A DNA stretch of 64,000 nt from an uncultured Verrucomicrobiae bacterium (GCA_963764165.1 CAVXRD010000002.1:1984001-2048000); one strand, 5' to 3'. Counted from the first letter of the stretch, positions 38,968 to 49,876 are shown. Notes: generated by a model not told the origin, from the letters alone. Numbers and translations: made by a program.

Positions 38968-41900
38968 ATGATCAGAACCATTCCCCAAATGGCGACCGGT
39001 ATTGCTACACCTACTGGTCCGTCACGCACTCCTGTACACTCTGCCGTTTCGTTGCTTGGACGCTGGGCCTTGCTCGGTTTGCTCCTTTTGCTGGGCGTGC
39101 CAGCGAGCCAGGGCCAAACTCTTTCGGGGGATTATTATTGGACCGCTAACTCCGATAACACCGTTACGATTGTCGAATACGTCGGCGCCGGCGGCGCGGT
39201 GACCGTCCCTTCCACGATTTCGGGAATGACGGTAAGTGAAATCGGCACAAACGCGTTTTTTTACCAGGACTCCATTACTTCGGTTTTTATTCCGGGCACC
39301 ATAACGACAATCGGACCAGGCGCATTTTATGGGTGCGCCAACATGGCCAGCCTTACCATTTCGGATGGCGTGACGCTATTGCGGACGAACGCGTTTGGCG
39401 CCTGCACCGCGTTAACGGAGGTTACAGTGCCAGGAAGTGTCAAAATTGTCGGAGCGTACGCGTTTTATGGATGCACCAACCTGGCCCATCTCACTATTTC
39501 CAATGGCGTGACGAAATTGAACACGAACGCGTTTGGCAACTGCACTGCGCTCACGTTCGTGGATCTGCCAGCCAGCGTCACCAATGTCGAGGACTATACA
39601 TTTTATCTATGCACCGGAATCACAAATGCGATCGTCGAGAGCGGCACTACCATCATGGGCGGGTTTGTGTTCGGCTCCTGCAGCAACCTCGTCAGCGCGA
39701 CATTTCCTGGTGGGAATTTTCCGGCGGGAAACGATTTTTATGGGTGCCCCAAGCTTGCCAGTATAATCATTTCCCCCGGCTCCCCCTTCATTGGCGCGGA
39801 CCAATTTGCTAATTTCGTCACGCTGACCTCGATATCCATCGCCGACAGTGTCACAAGCATCGGGGAGAGCGCATTCCAGCAATGCTATGGCCTTTCGTCC
39901 GTTACGATTCCCGGCAGTGTCACCAACATTGGCCAAAACGTTTTCATTGAATGCACCAATCTCAACACGGTGACAATGGACGCTGGAGTCGAGTCGATTG
40001 GAGTGACGGCCTTCGCCTTTTGCAGCGCGTTGACCAACCTGACCATCGCAGCCACCGTGACTGATATTGGCCTTGAAGCCTTCGACGGTTGCTCTAATCT
40101 TACAACCGCAGTCATACCAAACGGGGCGGCCAATGTGGGAGTTGAAGCATTTGCCTACTGCGTCAACCTGACGAGCGCCACAATTCCTGGAAATGTCGCT
40201 GACGTGAACTATCTTTTTTACGGCAACCCAAACGTGAGCGATATTACCATCTCCTCCGGAACAACAAACATTCCACCGTATGAATTCAACGGGTTTTCTA
40301 ATCTTGTCAGCCTGACAATTCCCGGCAGTGTGGCCAGCATTGGGGATTTCGCATTTTATGGTTCGAGCGTGTCATCCCTGACATTGGCCAACGGCATCCA
40401 GTCGATCGGTGATTCGGCATTTGAAAACTGCACAAATCTCCGCCAGGTTACCGTGCCTGGAAGTGTTGCAACGATTGGCGCAGCCGCCTTTTATAAATGC
40501 TCAGATTTGACAAACATCGTGATTTCAAACGGCGTCCAATCGATCGGAGATTCTGCGTTCCAATATTGCACCCTCCTCGGCAACACTGAGATTCCGGGAA
40601 GTGTTACGAATATTGGGGCTGCGGCTTTTTACGGCGATTACATGATTACGAGTGTTGTAACTGGAAGCGGCGTGCGATCCATTGGAGACCAGGCCTTTTA
40701 CTTCAACCCGTCCTTGCGAAGCATCGTCATCAACGGCCCTGTCGCGTCTATGGGATCGTATGTTTTCGGAGTATGCAGCAACGTCACCACCCTCGTCATA
40801 TCCAGCAACGTGACATATATCGGCAGTAATTGCTTTGTGTATTTGCCAAAGGTGCATTCGGTATCGCTGCCAGCCAGTTTGGCTTTTATTGGAGAAGACG
40901 CATTTTCCGAATGTTACGGTCTCACGAGTTACTATTTCTACGGCAATGCTCCCGCAGTCAGCGCGGCCGGTGTTTTCAAGTATGATCGCCTATTCGCGAG
41001 GGCGGTGGCATACTATTTGCATGGCAAATCCGGCTGGACAGCTAGCTTTGGGGGAGCGGTCGGCAGCACCAACACCATTCCGACGCAAACCTGGTCGGGT
41101 GGTTATGGGTCACTGGAAGTCTCTTTGACCCCGTCTACTGCAGCCGCCGCGGGAGCACTATGGCAGGTCGATGGCGGCCCCTGGCAAACCAATGGCGCCA
41201 AGGTTTCTAGCTTGCAAGTGGGCAGCCACTTAATCAGCTATAGCGCCGTTCCTGGATATCTCACCCCCGCAAATCAATCCGTATCCGTTTCGGCCTCTTC
41301 GACCCCTACAAAGGCCACCGGCACCTATAAAGGTGCCGGATACGCCTCGGTTGCGATTGGGCCGGCCGGAGTTGTGGCGGCAGGCGCGGAGTGGCAGATT
41401 GACGGCGGCGCCCGTTCCACAAGTGGCGCAACGGTGCCTCTCGCCATCGGAAAGCATACGCTCACGTTTACCACTGTCAGCGGATGGAATTCACCCGCAA
41501 AGCAGACGTTTACTGTCACCAACGGCGCGACAAACAACCTGTCGGGAACCTACACCCAGCAATTCGGCTCCGTGGAAGTCACGATTACTCCGGCTTCTGC
41601 AATAGCATTGGGAGCGATGTGGCAAATCGACGGAGGCGAACTCCACAATAGCGGGACCACGGTTCCAAATATTTCAGCAGGCGCGCACACGCTGTCGTTC
41701 ACTTCCATCGGCGGATTGGCAGTGCCGACGAACCACACGGTGGTCGTTAAGAATAAGAGCACGTCGCACGTGCCCGCCGCCTACTATTTCGCCGGCAAGG
41801 GAACCTACAACGGCCTGTTCACGGGGGCGCCCGGCACGGCGGAGCAAACCTCCGGGATGATCAGCGGCTTGGTCGTAAGTTCCACCGGAACCTATACCGG

Positions 41901-42765
41901 CAAGATTTATGTCGATGGCTCTACCAATTCGTTTAGCGGGTCCTTCATCTGGGATGCAGTTTCCACCAACTCCACCAAGGTTATCAAGCTTCCTCGGAAC
42001 GGCGGCTCGTTAGTGTTGAATCTGACTGGGAATTTCGCAAGCACGCCACTTACCATCACCGGGACGGTTTCCAATGACATCGCCGACGGTTGGGTATCGT
42101 ATGTCACGAATGAGATCGCGGGATCTGGATTCAAATCGCAGGAATATACCGCCGCCATTGCGCCGCAGGATACCAACACCCCCCCCAGCGGATATGGATG
42201 CATTCTTATTACGAACAAAGCTGGTATGGCTACGCTGACGGTTGCGATGGCGGACGGGGCGGCATTCACCGAGACTATTCCTGTCTCCAGCACGACCAAT
42301 ATTCCAGTCTATGGAGACCTTTACGGAAAAACCGGTTTGGTGATAGGCTGGCTCAGCTTGGAAAACAACGATGTTTCCGGGACGCTGACGTGGATCAGGC
42401 CGCATTCAAGCGCGGCTCTCTATGGAACTGGCTTCACTAATATTGTTTCAGTGACAGGTTACCCTTGGTTGAATCACGCCTCAACCAACCTGACGGGTGA
42501 CTTGCTGACCATCGAGGGCGCGAGCCTTCCTTCACCGCTCAGTTATACGATGGAAGTCAGCAGCAAGGACCAAGTCACAGCGAAGGATGAGCCGAGCACT
42601 GCGCTGAAAGGCTCGATCACTTTGGCGAATGGCAAGATGGCGATTAGCTTTGGCAGCAGCAGTGGATCAGCCGTTGTGCTGCAAAAGCCCGATGGCACTT
42701 CAAGCGTTCTCGGGTACTTTGTGACCAAGACAAATTCCGGCAGCATCTTTAGCGCCCCGCAATGA
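38968..42765 (+). CDS. BspA/TpLRR-type leucine-rich-repeat surface protein with three WQxDGG modules and a large C-terminal beta-rich domain
   Basis: Many TIPGSVTxIGxxAFxxCxNL repeats; YFYGNAP cap; three GAxWQ(V/I)DGG modules; signal peptide. Confidence 0.85.
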   Translation: MIRTIPQMATGIATPTGPSRTPVHSAVSLLGRWALLGLLLLLGVPASQGQTLSGDYYWTANSDNTVTIVEYVGAGGAVTVPSTISGMTVSEIGTNAFFYQDSITSVFIPGTITTIGPGAFYGCANMASLTISDGVTLLRTNAFGACTALTEVTVPGSVKIVGAYAFYGCTNLAHLTISNGVTKLNTNAFGNCTALTFVDLPASVTNVEDYTFYLCTGITNAIVESGTTIMGGFVFGSCSNLVSATFPGGNFPAGNDFYGCPKLASIIISPGSPFIGADQFANFVTLTSISIADSVTSIGESAFQQCYGLSSVTIPGSVTNIGQNVFIECTNLNTVTMDAGVESIGVTAFAFCSALTNLTIAATVTDIGLEAFDGCSNLTTAVIPNGAANVGVEAFAYCVNLTSATIPGNVADVNYLFYGNPNVSDITISSGTTNIPPYEFNGFSNLVSLTIPGSVASIGDFAFYGSSVSSLTLANGIQSIGDSAFENCTNLRQVTVPGSVATIGAAAFYKCSDLTNIVISNGVQSIGDSAFQYCTLLGNTEIPGSVTNIGAAAFYGDYMITSVVTGSGVRSIGDQAFYFNPSLRSIVINGPVASMGSYVFGVCSNVTTLVISSNVTYIGSNCFVYLPKVHSVSLPASLAFIGEDAFSECYGLTSYYFYGNAPAVSAAGVFKYDRLFARAVAYYLHGKSGWTASFGGAVGSTNTIPTQTWSGGYGSLEVSLTPSTAAAAGALWQVDGGPWQTNGAKVSSLQVGSHLISYSAVPGYLTPANQSVSVSASSTPTKATGTYKGAGYASVAIGPAGVVAAGAEWQIDGGARSTSGATVPLAIGKHTLTFTTVSGWNSPAKQTFTVTNGATNNLSGTYTQQFGSVEVTITPASAIALGAMWQIDGGELHNSGTTVPNISAGAHTLSFTSIGGLAVPTNHTVVVKNKSTSHVPAAYYFAGKGTYNGLFTGAPGTAEQTSGMISGLVVSSTGTYTGKIYVDGSTNSFSGSFIWDAVSTNSTKVIKLPRNGGSLVLNLTGNFASTPLTITGTVSNDIADGWVSYVTNEIAGSGFKSQEYTAAIAPQDTNTPPSGYGCILITNKAGMATLTVAMADGAAFTETIPVSSTTNIPVYGDLYGKTGLVIGWLSLENNDVSGTLTWIRPHSSAALYGTGFTNIVSVTGYPWLNHASTNLTGDLLTIEGASLPSPLSYTMEVSSKDQVTAKDEPSTALKGSITLANGKMAISFGSSSGSAVVLQKPDGTSSVLGYFVTKTNSGSIFSAPQ

Positions 42766-42792
42766 CGAGAATGCGCCCGGCGCGCAAAATCA

Positions 42793-42816
42793 GGCGGGGG
42801 CTTCGGCGCCTCCGCC
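42793..42816 (+). terminator. Possible terminator hairpin
   Basis: ggcggggg/cctccgcc stem followed by aaatctttt after the LRR gene. Confidence 0.35.
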
Positions 42817-42910
42817 AAATCTTTTAATTGCTTGCCAACGAAGCCGTGATCTTGTATCACGAATGGCAAGGAGTCGACCCAGTTATTGAATACGCTGCAC
42901 ACCCGCGATT

Positions 42911-45900
42911 ATGAGATTTAGAAACGCCCTGCTCTGCGCAGCCGCTGCTGCCTTGTTAACCTATTCCGCCAAAGATGCGCGCGCCAGCTCACTGATCGTG
43001 CTGCACAACTTTTCGTCATCAACGAATTCCGCCAATGCCGATGGCTCGGCTCCGCTGAACTTGTTTATTTCCGGGGGAACACTTTTTGGAACCGCCAACG
43101 AAAGCGGCGAAAACGGAACCGGGGATATCTTTGAGCTTTCCACCAACGGCACGGGATTCACTGATGTCCACACGTTTACCAGCGAGCGCATTGCCACCAA
43201 TTACGTGAATCAGGATGGCGCGATGCCGGTTGGAGTGGTCGTTAATGGAAATACGATTTATGGGACAACAAGCGAGGGGGGCACCCACGGTTTTGGAACC
43301 ATATTCTCTGTCAACATCGGTGGGACTGGATTTTCAAATTTGTACAATTTCACCAATGGGGCGGACGGCGCCAGCCCCAGCGGCGGTCTTGTCCAAATCG
43401 GGAACGGATTGTACGGAACGACGACATACGGGGGCGTGAATGGCAATGGCACGATCTTTGGCATTTATGCCAATGGCGCCGGCTTCAGCGTCCTGCACGC
43501 GTTTTCCGAAATGGACACCAACTTGGCGAATTCCGACGGCGCCAATCCCGAATGTACCCTGGCAGCGCTCAATAACCGGCTTTATGGAACCGCGATATAT
43601 GGCGGCGTCTTTGGCGCCGGCTCGGTTTACTCCGTTGCCATCGATGGCACCGGCTTCGAGACCCTGCATTCATTCGCGGCGGTGGACAATACCACGGACG
43701 CCAACGCCGAAGGAGCCAATCCAGAAGCCGGGCTGGCCTTGACAAACGGCGTGCTCTTCGGAACCGCTTCCGAGGGTGGGACCAACGCGGCTGGAACCGT
43801 TTTCAGCTTGAACATCAATGGCACAGGTTTTCAGAACCTTTATAATTTCTCGGAGCTTCCGTCCGTAACAAACGCCGACGGGGCTTCTCCGCAGGCGGCG
43901 TTGTCGTTGTCGACCAACGCCATTTATGGAACGACCGCATTGGGAGGCGCCGACGGGAACGGCACAATTTTTGCCCTCACCATGGATGGCTCGCAGTTTC
44001 TCGTGGTCCATACGTTTACCGGAGGCAGCGACGGCGGCATGCCCGGGGGCGGCATGGTCTGGGGCGGGGGCCAGACCCTGTACGGCACGACAGAGGCAGG
44101 CGGGGCAGGCGGCAGCGGGACGGTGTTTGAACTCGTGCCCGGGCCCCTCGGACCGCCGCTGATCATCAGCAACCTTGCCAGCCAGAACGTGAATCAGGGA
44201 AGCCCCCTGACGCTTCAAATTTTTTCCATTGGCGCCGGCGATCTCTCTTATCAATGGAACTTCAATGGCAAAAACATTGCGCACGCGACCAACGATGCCT
44301 ATGTGATCAAGAAGGCGGAGGCGGCGAACAACGGAAATTATTTCGTCACCGTAAGCGGTGCGGGCGGAGTGACGACCAGCGCAGTCGCGACGGTCACTGT
44401 ATTTATTCCTCCCGCCATCACCAGCGAGCCGGCGAGCAAGGCGGAACCAGCGGGAGGAATCGCAACGTTCACCGTCAAGGCGACAGGTTCGCCGCTCGAA
44501 TATCAATGGTATTTTGATGGCAATGCCTTGACGGATGGCGCCGGAATTTCCGGTGTGACCTCAAACGAGCTGGTCATCAATCCAGTCGCCGCGGAAAACG
44601 TCGGGAGTTATTTCGTCGTGGTTGGAAACGGCATCACGAGCAAGACGAGCAAGACAGTCGTGCTCACGTCTCCGGTCGAGAAAACCAAGCCGGCAGTCGC
44701 CATCACTTCGCCCAAGGCCGCCAGCCGCACGAACGCGCCCGTCCTCTCCGGCACTGCCTCCGATTCTGTCCGCATCGTGAGCGTGGCCTACTGGGTGACG
44801 AATTTGAACCCGGGCGTTGTCTCCACGCCGATCAGCGGCGAAGCGATTCTCGCCGCGGGCAAGGGAACGGCCACCAATTGGACAATCCCGCTGGAAGCTT
44901 TGGCGCTGCTGCCGGGAACGAATGTCCTCGCTGTGCAAAGCACCAATGTCGCTGGCCTCGCCTCGGCGCTGGAAAAGGTTTCCTTCTTCTACAAAGTCCC
45001 GTCGGTCTTTGGCCTTTCTACAAACGGGTCGGGAACGGTGACTGGCACGGCGTCTGAGAAAGGTGACACTGCCCCGGCGGACCAGGCGTTGCTCAACATC
45101 GGCGAACGATACACGGTGACGGCGAAGGGCGCCAAGAACTGGCTCTTCCAGAATTGGACAACCAACAGCGCTGTGGCCGGCACAAATGCCACCCTCTCGT
45201 TTGTAATGGAGCCCGGGTTGAATCTCACGGCCACGTTTGTGACGAATTTCTTTGTCGGAATGGCAGGACGGTATGACGGAATTTTTTATCCTTCGCCCCC
45301 GCAAATTGAGGGGGAGACGAATTCCGGCTTGATCTGCAATTTGGTCGTAAAGACAAACGGCGCTTACAGCGGAAAAGTGTATCTGGCCTCCGCCACGCCC
45401 TATTCCATCTCCGGCAGCTTCAATGCCTCCGGCGCGGTGACGAAGACAATCACCCGCAGCGTAAAAGCGGGAGGGAATATTACACTTAGTCTGGAAATGA
45501 GCCTCGGCGTCGTGCCGCGATTGATCTCCGGCTACATTGAATCAACCGGGTGGGCATCGTCGAACCTGAATCTCTTTGCCGCGGCGGGCGCGTTGGACGA
45601 CACCAAGAGCTGGTCCATGCTCCTATCCGACACCAACCAAACCGATGCGCCTCCCAATTATGGCTACGCGCTTGCCACCAATATTTCGCAGATGATCCAC
45701 ATGGGCGGCGCGCTGTCCGATGGAACAAAGTTCACTCCGATGGTTGAACCGATCAATGAGGCGAATCAATTTCCGGTGTACGCCAGCCTTTACGCGAACA
45801 CGGGCCTCGCGCTTGGAATGCTGAGCCTCGATGCGTCCACCAATTCCGACACACCCACTGGCGCGCTGCTTTGGTTCAAGCCGCAGCAGAGAACCGGCCT

Positions 45901-46267
45901 TTACAGCAATGCTTTCAGCACGACCCTGGTCGTGGATGGTTCGCCCTGGACAAATTCCGCCACCGCGATGAGTTCGATGGCGGGTGAGTACCAACTGACA
46001 TTCTCTGGCGGCGGATTCCCATCCGATATTGCGAACACGGTTCAACTGAGTTCCAGCGGAGCGCTGACGCTGGCCGGCCCCGGCGCGGACTTCACCAGCG
46101 GCATCATAAAGCCCGCCGATGGCCTGTTGACGCTTACTTTCACCAATGCGCTTAACAAGCGGGTCATCGCTTCCGGAACGTTTCTGCAAAATGCCAATCT
46201 CGGCGGCGGATTTTTCGCGGGCTCGACGAATTCGGGGACGTTCTTGCTGCGGCCGAATCCACAGTAA
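42911..46267 (+). CDS. GloVer-type tandem-repeat surface protein with Ig domains, a B-repeat-like module and a large C-terminal beta-rich domain
   Basis: Repeats LYGTTxxGGxxGxGT(I/V)F...GxGFxxLHxF...DGAxP; Ig domains with YQWxFxG; WLFQNW module; signal peptide. Confidence 0.82.
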   Translation: MRFRNALLCAAAAALLTYSAKDARASSLIVLHNFSSSTNSANADGSAPLNLFISGGTLFGTANESGENGTGDIFELSTNGTGFTDVHTFTSERIATNYVNQDGAMPVGVVVNGNTIYGTTSEGGTHGFGTIFSVNIGGTGFSNLYNFTNGADGASPSGGLVQIGNGLYGTTTYGGVNGNGTIFGIYANGAGFSVLHAFSEMDTNLANSDGANPECTLAALNNRLYGTAIYGGVFGAGSVYSVAIDGTGFETLHSFAAVDNTTDANAEGANPEAGLALTNGVLFGTASEGGTNAAGTVFSLNINGTGFQNLYNFSELPSVTNADGASPQAALSLSTNAIYGTTALGGADGNGTIFALTMDGSQFLVVHTFTGGSDGGMPGGGMVWGGGQTLYGTTEAGGAGGSGTVFELVPGPLGPPLIISNLASQNVNQGSPLTLQIFSIGAGDLSYQWNFNGKNIAHATNDAYVIKKAEAANNGNYFVTVSGAGGVTTSAVATVTVFIPPAITSEPASKAEPAGGIATFTVKATGSPLEYQWYFDGNALTDGAGISGVTSNELVINPVAAENVGSYFVVVGNGITSKTSKTVVLTSPVEKTKPAVAITSPKAASRTNAPVLSGTASDSVRIVSVAYWVTNLNPGVVSTPISGEAILAAGKGTATNWTIPLEALALLPGTNVLAVQSTNVAGLASALEKVSFFYKVPSVFGLSTNGSGTVTGTASEKGDTAPADQALLNIGERYTVTAKGAKNWLFQNWTTNSAVAGTNATLSFVMEPGLNLTATFVTNFFVGMAGRYDGIFYPSPPQIEGETNSGLICNLVVKTNGAYSGKVYLASATPYSISGSFNASGAVTKTITRSVKAGGNITLSLEMSLGVVPRLISGYIESTGWASSNLNLFAAAGALDDTKSWSMLLSDTNQTDAPPNYGYALATNISQMIHMGGALSDGTKFTPMVEPINEANQFPVYASLYANTGLALGMLSLDASTNSDTPTGALLWFKPQQRTGLYSNAFSTTLVVDGSPWTNSATAMSSMAGEYQLTFSGGGFPSDIANTVQLSSSGALTLAGPGADFTSGIIKPADGLLTLTFTNALNKRVIASGTFLQNANLGGGFFAGSTNSGTFLLRPNPQ

Positions 46268-46358
46268 GAGATAAGGCTTGGCCAGGGAAAGATGCCGGCG
46301 GCATCAACGAGTGCGCTCGCCGTCGAGGGTTATTGGCCGCGTCGCCCGGCGGGCCCCA

Positions 46359-46919
46359 TTATTTCTGCTCAATGAAGTGTTTCAGCAGGATGGCGAATTC
46401 CATCACTTGAAGTTTGCGCAAATACTCCGCCTCCGCCGGGGCCGTTTGCCGCGCGCGCTGGCAGGCGTCGATAAATGCAAATGGATCCCATTCATCCGCA
46501 GCAGTTACACCCACTGTAATTACAGTTGACAAGATTCTCTTTTCTTCGTTGGTTTTATCGGTGCCCTTGGCGCACTTGGCGATCTTGGGAAAAATCGGAT
46601 GCCAGCCCATGCGATGAAACCAATACTTCGCATTGCTGTAATCCGGCTCCCGGCGGTGCATGATGCCATGGACGTAACTGCCATCGGGGCTGGAGAAATT
46701 TTGCGAAATCTCGTGCGACTCGTCCAGATGATCATGCCAAAGCAGAACCAATGACCGAATCAACCCGGCCGTCGTGGACGAGTAACGGCCTGCGGCGAAA
46801 ATGGGGGACAGCGATGCTTCGATTTCCTCGACCGATTTCCGTCCCGGGCGCGGCTCCGGCCCTAGCGAGGCCGTGTCAGGAGTGTCAAGCAATTGGAGGA
46901 ATTCCGGCGCCGCCTCCAT
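46359..46919 (-). CDS. Conserved hypothetical protein
   Basis: LWHDHLDESHEISQ...YVHGIMHRREPDYSNAKYWF and WDPFAFID motifs; TGATG overlap with the phosphomutase stop. Confidence 0.75.
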   Translation of the reverse strand: MEAAPEFLQLLDTPDTASLGPEPRPGRKSVEEIEASLSPIFAAGRYSSTTAGLIRSLVLLWHDHLDESHEISQNFSSPDGSYVHGIMHRREPDYSNAKYWFHRMGWHPIFPKIAKCAKGTDKTNEEKRILSTVITVGVTAADEWDPFAFIDACQRARQTAPAEAEYLRKLQVMEFAILLKHFIEQK

Positions 46920-48325
46920 CAGCCCACCTTTTTTGTCAGCGCCACGCCGTCACGGATCAACTTCAGCGCCGCAGCCTCGGATTTCGATTCAGCGTAGATG
47001 CGCAAAATGGGCTCCGTTCCCGAGCCGCGCAGCATCAGCCAGGAACCGTCCTTGGAGGTGAATTTCACCCCGTCGAAGGATTTGACGCCGGCCAGCGGCG
47101 AGCCGGCCAGTTTGGCGGGCGGGTTGTTCTTGCAGAATTCCATCAGCGCCGCGCGCTTCTCCAGCGGGAAATGCGTGTCCAGCCTGGCATAGCGGTGCGG
47201 ACCAAATTGCTTTTCCAGCCGCTGCAATAATTTATTGACAGACATTTTTTCCGTCGCCAGCAATTCCAGCAGCATCATGCCGGAGGCGATGCCGTCGCGC
47301 TCGGGCATCAGGCCGGGAAAGCCGATGCCGCCGCTTTCCTCGAAACCGAGCAGCACATTGCCCTTCAGCATTTCTGCGCAGATGTATTTGAAGCCGACAC
47401 CCGTCTCCACCAGTTCCAGCCCGTAATGCCCGCACATTTTATCGACCATCGAAGTCGTCGTGAGCGCCTTGATGACGCGCCCGGTCCCTTTGCGGTTGAC
47501 AATGAAATGGTGCAGGAGCAGGCAAATAATTTGGTGCGTCGTCAGCGGATTTCCCCGCCCATCCATGCCGCCGACGCGGTCGGCATCGCCGTCGGTCACG
47601 AGGCAGAGATCATGCGGATGCTTCCGCAAAAAGGCCGCGCTCTTGCCGTAATTGGAGGCAATCGGCTCCGGATTGATGCCGCCAAAATTGGGATCATGCG
47701 CGCCATTGAGAGTTGTCACGCGGCAGCTCGTGCCCTTAAGCAATTCCTCAAAGCAGCCCGCGCCGACACCGAACAGCGCATCATGGGCGAAGCGCAATTT
47801 GGAGCGGGCGATCAATTTGAAATCGACCAGCTTCTTGATCGCGGCGAAATGCGGCGGGCGCAAATCCTCGAATTTCACCTTCTCGATCGCGCCTGCCAGC
47901 GGGGGAACGGGAGTTTGATCGATGCGCTTCTCCACTTCCTGGCACATGGCAGATTCAGCCGAGCCGCCGTAATAGGCCTTGAGCTTGTATCCGTTGAAGG
48001 CTGGCGGATTATGGCTGGCCGTGATCATAACGCCTCCCACCGCTTTTCTCTGCTTGACCGCGAACGAGACGGAAGGCGTCGGCGCCGGGCAAGACGAGAG
48101 GGCGGTGGCGAATCCGTTGGCCGCAAAAACCTCCGCCGCGCGCCTGCCAAACTGGTCGGAAAGAAAGCGGCGGTCATAGCCGACGATGATCGTCTTGCTG
48201 GTGCTCGGCGGCGGCTGCGCCGCCCATAAATCCGCCGTGGCCTGGGCCGCCCTCTCCAAATTGCGAAAGGTGAATTCGTCCGCAATAATTGCGCGCCAGC
48301 CGTCTGTTCCAAATTTAATGCTCAT
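46919..48325 (-). CDS. Phosphoglucomutase/phosphomannomutase family protein
   Basis: IKFGTDGWR, ITASHNP, DGDADR, FEESGG, RGSGTEP. Confidence 0.95.
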   Translation of the reverse strand: MSIKFGTDGWRAIIADEFTFRNLERAAQATADLWAAQPPPSTSKTIIVGYDRRFLSDQFGRRAAEVFAANGFATALSSCPAPTPSVSFAVKQRKAVGGVMITASHNPPAFNGYKLKAYYGGSAESAMCQEVEKRIDQTPVPPLAGAIEKVKFEDLRPPHFAAIKKLVDFKLIARSKLRFAHDALFGVGAGCFEELLKGTSCRVTTLNGAHDPNFGGINPEPIASNYGKSAAFLRKHPHDLCLVTDGDADRVGGMDGRGNPLTTHQIICLLLHHFIVNRKGTGRVIKALTTTSMVDKMCGHYGLELVETGVGFKYICAEMLKGNVLLGFEESGGIGFPGLMPERDGIASGMMLLELLATEKMSVNKLLQRLEKQFGPHRYARLDTHFPLEKRAALMEFCKNNPPAKLAGSPLAGVKSFDGVKFTSKDGSWLMLRGSGTEPILRIYAESKSEAAALKLIRDGVALTKKVG

Positions 48326-48458
48326 CCAATCCTGTATGAAAAAATCTCGTTGGGCTGTGATCCCCTCCCCGTTTGAAGCGCGGCGGACATCCAGCCATTT
48401 CTACTCATAATACCCCATTAGACAGAAATAGGGATATGGGAGAATCTGGCCAAATACT

Positions 48459-48923
48459 ATGAAAATATTTGGAACAGCAAAATTGAAAAGGATTGCCACG
48501 CTCGCGAGCACCGTGGCGTTTCTGCCGCTCGGCTCGGTCATTGCCTCCGCCACACCGGTTCCCTCCGTTTTGCAAACGGACTCCGGCCTATATCAGTCCT
48601 CCGATTTTCAACAGGTGGACTGGGATGATGCCAAGAGAAAGAAACTGCGCCATGCCTTCTGGCTGCTCAATGAATCGGATCGCGACTACGATGGCCACAA
48701 GGCCAAAGCCATTGAGGAAATCAAGGAAGCGGGCCGCATCATGGGCATAGACTTGAAGAAGGGCGAAGGATGGGGCGGCGAGCATCAAAAATGGTCTGAT
48801 GCCCGCTTGCGCGAAGCGCGCGACTTGCTGATCGAAGTCGCCGAAAAGTCGGGCGGCCCTCGGGAGCACGAACACCTGCGCAAATCAATCCACGAGATTG
48901 ACAAAGCGCTGGAAGTGCGCTAG
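48459..48923 (+). CDS. Secreted small helical protein (paralog A)
   Basis: Signal peptide; DRDYDGHKAKAIEEI...SDARLREARDLL...IHEIDKALEVR. Confidence 0.7.
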   Translation: MKIFGTAKLKRIATLASTVAFLPLGSVIASATPVPSVLQTDSGLYQSSDFQQVDWDDAKRKKLRHAFWLLNESDRDYDGHKAKAIEEIKEAGRIMGIDLKKGEGWGGEHQKWSDARLREARDLLIEVAEKSGGPREHEHLRKSIHEIDKALEVR

Positions 48924-48936
48924 AATTTTCTTCCGC

Positions 48937-49410
48937 ATGAAAGCGCCCGCCTACATTTGCATGATTCTTACGGCGAGCGCTTTTCTTGCACCCAATCGGG
49001 TGCATGCGTCTGACGAAGCCAAAGCAGTGGCAGTCAAGAAACCCACTGTCGCCAAAGCCGTCACGGTGGGAGAGAAACGGCGGGCAGCCGGAGTGGTTCT
49101 CGCCAACGATGGCGCAGCCGTTCTCGGGACGGGCATTCTTCCTGAAGCGTATAATCTCCTGAAACTTGCGGATCACGATTATAAGGGCCATCGCGCCCGG
49201 GCCATGCATCAAATCGAGATGGCAGCCAAGCTGATCGGCGAGCGTCTGGCCGGCGACGGTCACGCCCGCGAACCCCAGCCCACATCCGACGAAAATCTCC
49301 GCCGAGCTCAATCCCTGCTAAGCGAAGCCGCCGCCAAGATGGCTGGCACCCCCGCTGTCCATATTCACAAGGCGACGCAGGAACTTTCAGTGGCTTTGGC
49401 GGTTCGGTGA
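48937..49410 (+). CDS. Secreted small helical protein (paralog B)
   Basis: Signal peptide; DHDYKGHRARAMHQI...SDENLRRAQSLL...HIHKATQELSVALAVR. Start ATG 48937. Confidence 0.7.
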   Translation: MKAPAYICMILTASAFLAPNRVHASDEAKAVAVKKPTVAKAVTVGEKRRAAGVVLANDGAAVLGTGILPEAYNLLKLADHDYKGHRARAMHQIEMAAKLIGERLAGDGHAREPQPTSDENLRRAQSLLSEAAAKMAGTPAVHIHKATQELSVALAVR

Positions 49411-49876
49411 ATCGAAAAGATCGCGCGTGGTTTTGGCAGGTTTTTGCGATTGAAACGGTTTGACGAGGAATCCCCGACGACGGCAACTCGCAGGGGGTCC
49501 GGGTCCCCTCTCTCTTTCTTTCTCCCCGCCGGGCAGGCCGAGCACGATCACGATTGGCATGCCGGATGTTCTTCGATTCCATAGCTTGCCAAGAACTGAG
49601 ATGCCCCCTCCGTTTTTTTTGGTCTTTTTTCCTTGCAATAGGAGCTGCAAATGATTTATACCCACCACATCCACTAATTCTCCGCCACTGGTCCATGGCT
49701 CTCTTGCCGTATGAGCATTGGACTACAGCGGCAGGCGCGATTTCAATCGTTTTCGCGCCCCCAATTACTGGAAAAACATGAACCCTGATAAAGTTCATAG
49801 AGAAAATAATATAATCGCATAAGGCTATATATTAACAAATTACGCACGGTTTTCAACGATTATAAACTAATCTCTA

